From positions 690,001 to 722,000 of the forward strand of contig NZ_CP089977.1 in assembly GCF_025643275.1 (NCBI RefSeq): a stretch of 32,000 nt of DNA. Reading direction: 5' to 3'. Positions 27,316 to 32,000 of this stretch are shown piece by piece. The number at the start of each line of letters is the position of its first letter. Position 1 is the stretch's first letter. Below the pieces are notes generated by a model. That model worked only from the letters and a program-made list of their open reading frames with translations. It was not told the DNA's origin and ran no database searches. The position numbers and the translations under genes are program-made. The DNA comes from Moraxella nasicaprae (lineage in GTDB: Bacteria; Pseudomonadota; Gammaproteobacteria; Pseudomonadales; Moraxellaceae).

Positions 27316-27831
27316 TTATAGGCTTAGCGTTCGCTCGCCTCGTGCAATGCCAATCACGCCACTTCGCACCACTTCCAAGATTTTATCTCGACCAATCACA
27401 TCGATAAAACCGTCCAATTTGGCAGCATCGCCTGTGATGAGAATGGTATAGATATTTGGACCGACATCAACGATTTGGGCACGGAAAATATCAGCACTGC
27501 GTTTGATTTCTTCACGACCTGACCCTGTGGCTCGCACTTTGACCAGCATAAGTTCACGCTCGATTTGCTTGCCATCGCTCAGCTCTGATAGATTTTGTAC
27601 TTTTACCACCTCAATCAGCTTATGCAGCTGCTTGGTGATTTGCTCGATTTTATCATTGGTGGTGATGGTGGTCAAAGTCAATCGAGAAATGGTTGGGTCA
27701 TCAGTGGCTGCCACATTCAGCGTGTCAATGTTATAGCCCCTTTGAGAAAATAGACCAACCACACGAGACAGCGAACCTGCTTCATTTTCCATCAAAACAG
27801 AAATCAAATGTTTATGTTGTTGATTTGCCAT
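27316..27831 (-). CDS. ilvH: Acetolactate synthase small (regulatory) subunit
   Basis: ATG at 27831 overlaps the ilvI stop (TAATG). HLISVLMENEAGSLSRVVGLFSQRGYNIDTL is the ACT domain signature. Confidence 0.9.
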   Translation of the reverse strand: MANQQHKHLISVLMENEAGSLSRVVGLFSQRGYNIDTLNVAATDDPTISRLTLTTITTNDKIEQITKQLHKLIEVVKVQNLSELSDGKQIERELMLVKVRATGSGREEIKRSADIFRAQIVDVGPNIYTILITGDAAKLDGFIDVIGRDKILEVVRSGVIGIARGERTLSL

Positions 27832-29636
27832 TAGGTACGCTCCCCTTTTGATAGCCACATATCACGCATTGACTGTCCTGCTACTTGCATTGGATAGACA
27901 TGCTCTCCTTTATCCACATACACATCGATGAACACCAAGCCGTCCATTGCCAACGCTTCTTTTAGCTCCTCCTCCATCGTATCAGGATTGGTAATCTTAA
28001 CACCTTTATGCCCATAACTTTCAGCAAGTTTGACAAAATCAGGCAGTGATTTCATATAACTTTGGGCATGACGACCTTCATACAGCATATCTTGCCACTG
28101 TTTGACCATGCCAAGCTGAGCATTGTTTAGGTTTAGGATTTTGACAGGCAAATTGTACTGCAAGCAGGTTGATAACTCTTGGATATTCATCTGAATCGAA
28201 CCCTCGCCCGTGATACACACCACGGTTTTTTCAGGGCGAGCCAGTTTTGCCGCCATCGCATACGGCAAGCCCACACCCATCGTGCCAAGACCACCAGAAT
28301 TGAGCCATTGGCGTGGTTCATCATATTTATAATACAAAGCGGCAAACATCTGGTGCTGACCAACATCTGAGGTAATGATGGCTTTACCATCTGTCAATTT
28401 GCACAAAGTCTCCACCACATGTTGTGGTTTGATGGCGTGAATTTCTTCGCCATTGCTGATATCGCCATAACGCAATCCGTGGCGTTTTCGCCATTCGTTA
28501 ATCTGTTGCCACCAATCACTAAGTGCATGTTCATCGATTCGTTTCTCAATTTGGGCAAGTTGAGACAGCATCTCGGTCAAGACCAGTTTGACATCGCCAA
28601 CAATCGGAATGTGTGCCGTGATGGTTTTTGAAATGCTGGCTGGGTCAACATCAATGTGAATGATGGTTGCATTGGGGCAGAATTTTTTGACATTATTGGT
28701 TACACGGTCATCAAATCTAGCACCAATCGCCAAAATCACATCAGCATGATGCATGGTCATGTTGGCTTCATAAGTGCCATGCATGCCCAACATACCAATA
28801 AACTGCTCGCCTGAGCCAGGATAAGCCCCCAGCCCCATCAGCGTATTCGTAACAGGTAGTTTGAGCATGTCTGCCAATGTGCGAAGCTCTTGGCTGGCAT
28901 TGCCCAAAATCACGCCACCGCCAGAATATAGCACAGGGCGTTTGGCAGCCAATAGTGTCTCGATGGCTTTTTTGATTTGACCGCCATGACCTTTATTGGT
29001 TGGCTGATATGAACGCATATTGACGCTTTGTGGCATCACATATTCAAACTTTTCGCTTGGATTAGTCGTGTCTTTTGGAATATCCACCACCACAGGTCCA
29101 GGTCTGCCAGAGCCTGCGATATAAAATGCTTTTTTGATGACAGCTGGAATTTCAGCAGCGTGGCGAACCTGAAAACTATGCTTAACAATCGGACGAGAAA
29201 TACCGACCATATCGCACTCTTGGAACGCATCATCGCCAATCAAATGCGATGGCACTTGTCCAGACAGCACCACCATCGGAATTGAATCCATATAAGCTGT
29301 GGCAATGGCAGTAACCGTATTGGTTGCACCAGGACCTGAGGTTGCCAGCACCACGCCAGTCTTGCCAGTGGTACGACTGTATGCGTCCGCCATATGCCCT
29401 GCGGCTTGCTCATGACGCACCAAAATATGCTCAATCTTATCTTGCTTAAACAACGCATCATAAATGTGCAAAACCGCACCGCCTGGATAACCAAAAATAT
29501 ATTCAACTTCTTGGTCAATGAGTGCCTGAACCAGCATCTCAGCACCAGACATCATGACAGTTTCGCCACGAGCTAGGCGTGCTTGGGTTTCATGAAAATG
29601 CGAAGTGGCATCTTTTGTTGGAGTGGTTTGGGTCAT
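27831..29636 (-). CDS. ilvI: Acetolactate synthase large (catalytic) subunit, ThDP/FAD dependent
   Basis: 601 aa. [33 protein letters not shown], and [19 protein letters not shown]...[14 protein letters not shown] (ThDP motif). SD AAGGA is 9 nt upstream of ATG 29636. Confidence 0.92.
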   Translation of the reverse strand: MTQTTPTKDATSHFHETQARLARGETVMMSGAEMLVQALIDQEVEYIFGYPGGAVLHIYDALFKQDKIEHILVRHEQAAGHMADAYSRTTGKTGVVLATSGPGATNTVTAIATAYMDSIPMVVLSGQVPSHLIGDDAFQECDMVGISRPIVKHSFQVRHAAEIPAVIKKAFYIAGSGRPGPVVVDIPKDTTNPSEKFEYVMPQSVNMRSYQPTNKGHGGQIKKAIETLLAAKRPVLYSGGGVILGNASQELRTLADMLKLPVTNTLMGLGAYPGSGEQFIGMLGMHGTYEANMTMHHADVILAIGARFDDRVTNNVKKFCPNATIIHIDVDPASISKTITAHIPIVGDVKLVLTEMLSQLAQIEKRIDEHALSDWWQQINEWRKRHGLRYGDISNGEEIHAIKPQHVVETLCKLTDGKAIITSDVGQHQMFAALYYKYDEPRQWLNSGGLGTMGVGLPYAMAAKLARPEKTVVCITGEGSIQMNIQELSTCLQYNLPVKILNLNNAQLGMVKQWQDMLYEGRHAQSYMKSLPDFVKLAESYGHKGVKITNPDTMEEELKEALAMDGLVFIDVYVDKGEHVYPMQVAGQSMRDMWLSKGERT

Positions 29637-29926
29637 AAGTTACATCCTTTTTTGTCCAAATCAATCAGACAATTCACAGACGAATGGCATACCAAAATCG
29701 AAGTCAGCGACAGATGTAGCAAGGCAAGAAGCTAGAAAATCCAGCTTTGACAGGAAGTAAAAAGATGATTTTCTGTCGTCTTGCAAGCCGATAAGCTCTG
29801 GCAATGAACTGCTTTAAATCAACAAACGGTAATTTGGCGATGTCCACAGTCCAAGCGCAACATCTGATAAATGATTACGCCGACTTTGTTTTTTGATAAA
29901 CCACAGATGGATTATCAACGCCAACT

Positions 29927-29955
29927 ATCTTACCCCAAAAAACCTTTCTTGCCAA
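29927..29955 (-). promoter_or_regulatory. Putative sigma70 promoter of the ilvIH operon (TTGGCA-17 nt-TAAGAT)
   Basis: The reverse complement of 29927-29955 reads TTGGCAagaaaggttttttggggTAAGAT. This would give a leader of roughly 285 nt. Confidence 0.4.
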
Positions 29956-30071
29956 GATGTTTTGAAAAATTTTTGTAACCAAACAATTTTTTATATAAAA
30001 TGGGCAAATTTAACGACTGCTTGATGGCATCTTTTGCTAAAATACACGCAACTTGACCAAAAAATTCATTC

Positions 30072-30440
30072 ATGCACACGCCATTATCCAAATTTTTAAT
30101 CACGCTTTTGCCTGCCATGCTATTTTGTCACGCTGGCAATACCGACAATCTGACCATCTACCAAAGCCTTGGAAAGTTTGGCGAGGCTCGCTATACGCAG
30201 ACACCGCCCATTGGCACAGCTTTTGAACCGATGACGATTTTTTTACCCAAGCAGGCAAATCAACACGCCAATCAAGCGTTTTGTCAAAATTTAAACAAAC
30301 AGCTTGCCACTCTCTCATCGGGCGGGCAAATCCATGAGATTGACGCACAAGGCAATCAAAAACTGCTCAATGCTGCCCAAATCGAACAAGCCAAACATCA
30401 AATCCGCCAAACTCTATCCGCTCAGTGCCAATCCCAATGA
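30072..30440 (+). CDS. DUF4124-like secreted protein
   Basis: Signal-peptide-like MHTPLSKFLITLLPAMLFCHA. IYQSLGKFGEARYTQTPP resembles the DUF4124 (I/V)Y+W.D..G..hYSD.PP motif. The stop overlaps the queG start (ATGA). There is no clear SD at 30072. Confidence 0.55.
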   Translation: MHTPLSKFLITLLPAMLFCHAGNTDNLTIYQSLGKFGEARYTQTPPIGTAFEPMTIFLPKQANQHANQAFCQNLNKQLATLSSGGQIHEIDAQGNQKLLNAAQIEQAKHQIRQTLSAQCQSQ

Positions 30441-31576
30441 ATCGCATTCCTGTACAACATCTGCCAGACGAAGTATCAGCAGTCAGGGCTTGGATTCATC
30501 AAAAAGCGATTGAGCTTGGATTTTCTGATTGTGGTTTTATCAGCGTACATCACCCTATTTTTGCTGAGCAAACTGCTGCCCTAAAAGCATGGCTGGACAA
30601 AGGACTTCATGGCACACTTGATTTTATGCACGACAATCACGAACTGCGTGCCAATCCACATAAGCTGGTCGATGGTGCCAAAACCATCATCAGCGTGCGT
30701 ATGGACTATCTGACCAGCACACCCAAAAGACGCAGCATCGAGGATAATGAACGCCCCAATCACGCCATCATCGCTCGCTATGCTCGTGGGCGAGATTATC
30801 ACAAAACATTAAGACAAAAGCTCAAACAACTTGCCAAAGCCATCGAACAAGAACTGCCCAACTGGCAACATCTTAACATCGGAGCGGACAAGCCTTTCAT
30901 CTTTCGACCATTTAGTGATTCAGCTCCGATTTTTGAACGCTCGTTGGCAGAAAAAGCAGGACTTGGCTGGACAGGCAAGCATACTTTGCTCATCAATCGT
31001 CAAGGGGGTTCTTTTTTTAATCTGGGCGAGCTGTTCATCAGCTTAGACTTAGCCGAGCCTAACAAAAGCACACTCACTAAGGCTCATTGCGGTAGCTGTA
31101 CTGCTTGCATTGATGTCTGCCCCACCAAAGCCATCATTGAACCCCATGTATTGGATGCAGGGGCTTGTATTTCTTATTTGACCATTGAGCATAAAGGCAG
31201 TATCGATGTCAAATATCGCAAAGCCATCGGCAATCGTATCTTTGGGTGTGATGACTGCCAGCTGATTTGCCCATGGAATCGCTATGCCAAGCTGGCTGTT
31301 GTGCCAGATTATGCACCCAGACACGGGCTTGATGACATCACTTTGTTAGATGTTTGGCAGTGGGACGAAGCCACTTTTTTAAACAACACCGAAGGGTCGC
31401 CACTAAGACGCACAGGCTATCTAAATTTACTTCGCAACACCGCCATCGCTTTGGGCAATAGTCAGCCTAATGATAAATCCAAATTAGTCCTAAGCCTACA
31501 AAATAGGCTTGGCATCAGCGAGATGCTTGATGAACATATCATCTGGGCAATCAATGAGCTAAACCATGAACAATAA
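30437..31576 (+). CDS. queG: tRNA epoxyqueuosine(34) reductase
   Basis: Start ATG at 30437. ARYARGRDYHK, AEKAGLGWTGKHTLLINRQGGSFFNLGELF, CGSCTACIDVCPT, and RIFGCDDCQLICPWNR (4Fe-4S) are colinear with E. coli QueG. Confidence 0.9.
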   Translation: MNRIPVQHLPDEVSAVRAWIHQKAIELGFSDCGFISVHHPIFAEQTAALKAWLDKGLHGTLDFMHDNHELRANPHKLVDGAKTIISVRMDYLTSTPKRRSIEDNERPNHAIIARYARGRDYHKTLRQKLKQLAKAIEQELPNWQHLNIGADKPFIFRPFSDSAPIFERSLAEKAGLGWTGKHTLLINRQGGSFFNLGELFISLDLAEPNKSTLTKAHCGSCTACIDVCPTKAIIEPHVLDAGACISYLTIEHKGSIDVKYRKAIGNRIFGCDDCQLICPWNRYAKLAVVPDYAPRHGLDDITLLDVWQWDEATFLNNTEGSPLRRTGYLNLLRNTAIALGNSQPNDKSKLVLSLQNRLGISEMLDEHIIWAINELNHEQ

Positions 31577-31607
31577 AAAATCCCCAAGATAGTTTGGGGA
31601 TTTTTTT
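31575..31607. terminator. Bidirectional rho-independent terminator between queG and the LysM gene
   Basis: AAAAAATCCCCA-agatagtt-TGGGGATTTTTTT. Confidence 0.7.
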
Positions 31608-31615
31608 GTCAATCA

Positions 31616-32000
31616 TTAGGCAGGAATGCGAAGCACTTGACCTACATAGATTTTATCAGGGTGGCTTAGCATTGGCTTATTAGCATCAAAAATCTTCATG
31701 TATTGATTGGCATCGCCATACATTTCTTTGGAGATTTTTGATAGGTTGTCGCCCGCCTTGACTGTATAGAAACGGGATTCGTCCGCAGGAGTCTCTACTT
31801 CGATGTCATCAACCACAGTCGCCACATGCTGCACATTACCCACTGCCAATCTGGCACGCTCACGGTCTTCTTGGGTCTTGGCAACACCTGCCAAAGTGGC
31901 AGTATCTGTCTGACCATCGTAGCTGACTTTTAGACCGCTGATGTTCACATTTTGCTCTTGGATACGAGCAAGTAGTAGGTTGGCAATCTCCTGAGCGGTA
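31616..32000 (-). CDS. lysM: BON + LysM domain protein (YgaU/Kbp-like); the N-terminus lies beyond the right window edge
   Basis: The C-terminus FYTVKAGDNLSKISKEMYGDANQYMKIFDANKPMLSHPDKIYVGQVLRIPA is nearly colinear with E. coli YgaU. The frame stays open upstream of the track GTG start through nt 32000 (..TAQEIANLLLARIQEQNVNISG..). Confidence 0.85.
   Translation of the reverse strand, partial: TAQEIANLLLARIQEQNVNISGLKVSYDGQTDTATLAGVAKTQEDRERARLAVGNVQHVATVVDDIEVETPADESRFYTVKAGDNLSKISKEMYGDANQYMKIFDANKPMLSHPDKIYVGQVLRIPA

Noticed and set aside
29833-29877. A 14-codon ORF (MLRLDCGHRQITVC) in the ilvI leader could be an attenuator leader peptide.
   Set aside because: It has no run of Ile/Leu/Val codons, no SD, and no terminator/antiterminator pair with a T-tract downstream.
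29930-30118. A 62-aa minus-strand ORF in the ilvI / DUF4124 divergent region.
   Set aside because: It overlaps the predicted ilvI promoter and the start of the opposite-strand gene, and is an AT-rich Lys/Asn/Phe translation. It is probably spurious.

Overview
The window looks like chromosomal DNA from a Moraxellaceae-like gammaproteobacterium. That assignment is inferred from gene content, codon usage and mid-40s % G+C judged by eye; no search was run. About three quarters of it (8.2-32 kb) is ordinary housekeeping: truC, phhA-phhB with a convergent aromatic amino-acid permease, a metallophosphoesterase, purE-purK, yaiI, an AI-2E transporter, pdxB-epmA, a CitE-like lyase, gabD, a NorM-type MATE pump, a cold-shock protein, ilvI-ilvH-(DMT transporter)-ilvC, a DUF4124 protein, queG and a BON/LysM protein. 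The standout is the first 7.7 kb. The supplied ORF track shows a 1328-aa plus-strand ORF (SPWSPLSPFRPW...). The real gene is an unlisted minus-strand ORF, open from ATG 7704 to the left window edge (2568 codons). It encodes a giant trimeric autotransporter adhesin with an ESPR signal peptide, YadA-like head, neck, Trp-ring/GIN and YadA anchor. More than half of this protein (nt 1084-5094) is a near-identical tandem array. In it, 17 copies of a 31-aa beta-rich module (FSPTVTVDTNDTGSTVTITDATGEKTFDIKN) alternate with uninterrupted, proline-free collagen-like Gly-X-Y runs of 11-20 triplets (GKD GAK GDK GDQ GEQ GIQ GLK...). A collagen-type triple helix used as the stalk of an obligately trimeric autotransporter is the most interesting candidate here. 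Secondary observations are: a roughly 20% G+C 540-bp region upstream of the adhesin; an AT-rich orphan gene whose signal peptide seems broken by a 1-nt frameshift; a DMT exporter inside the ilv operon; and a two-copy palindromic intergenic repeat. All family calls rest on motif recognition from memory, not on searches.
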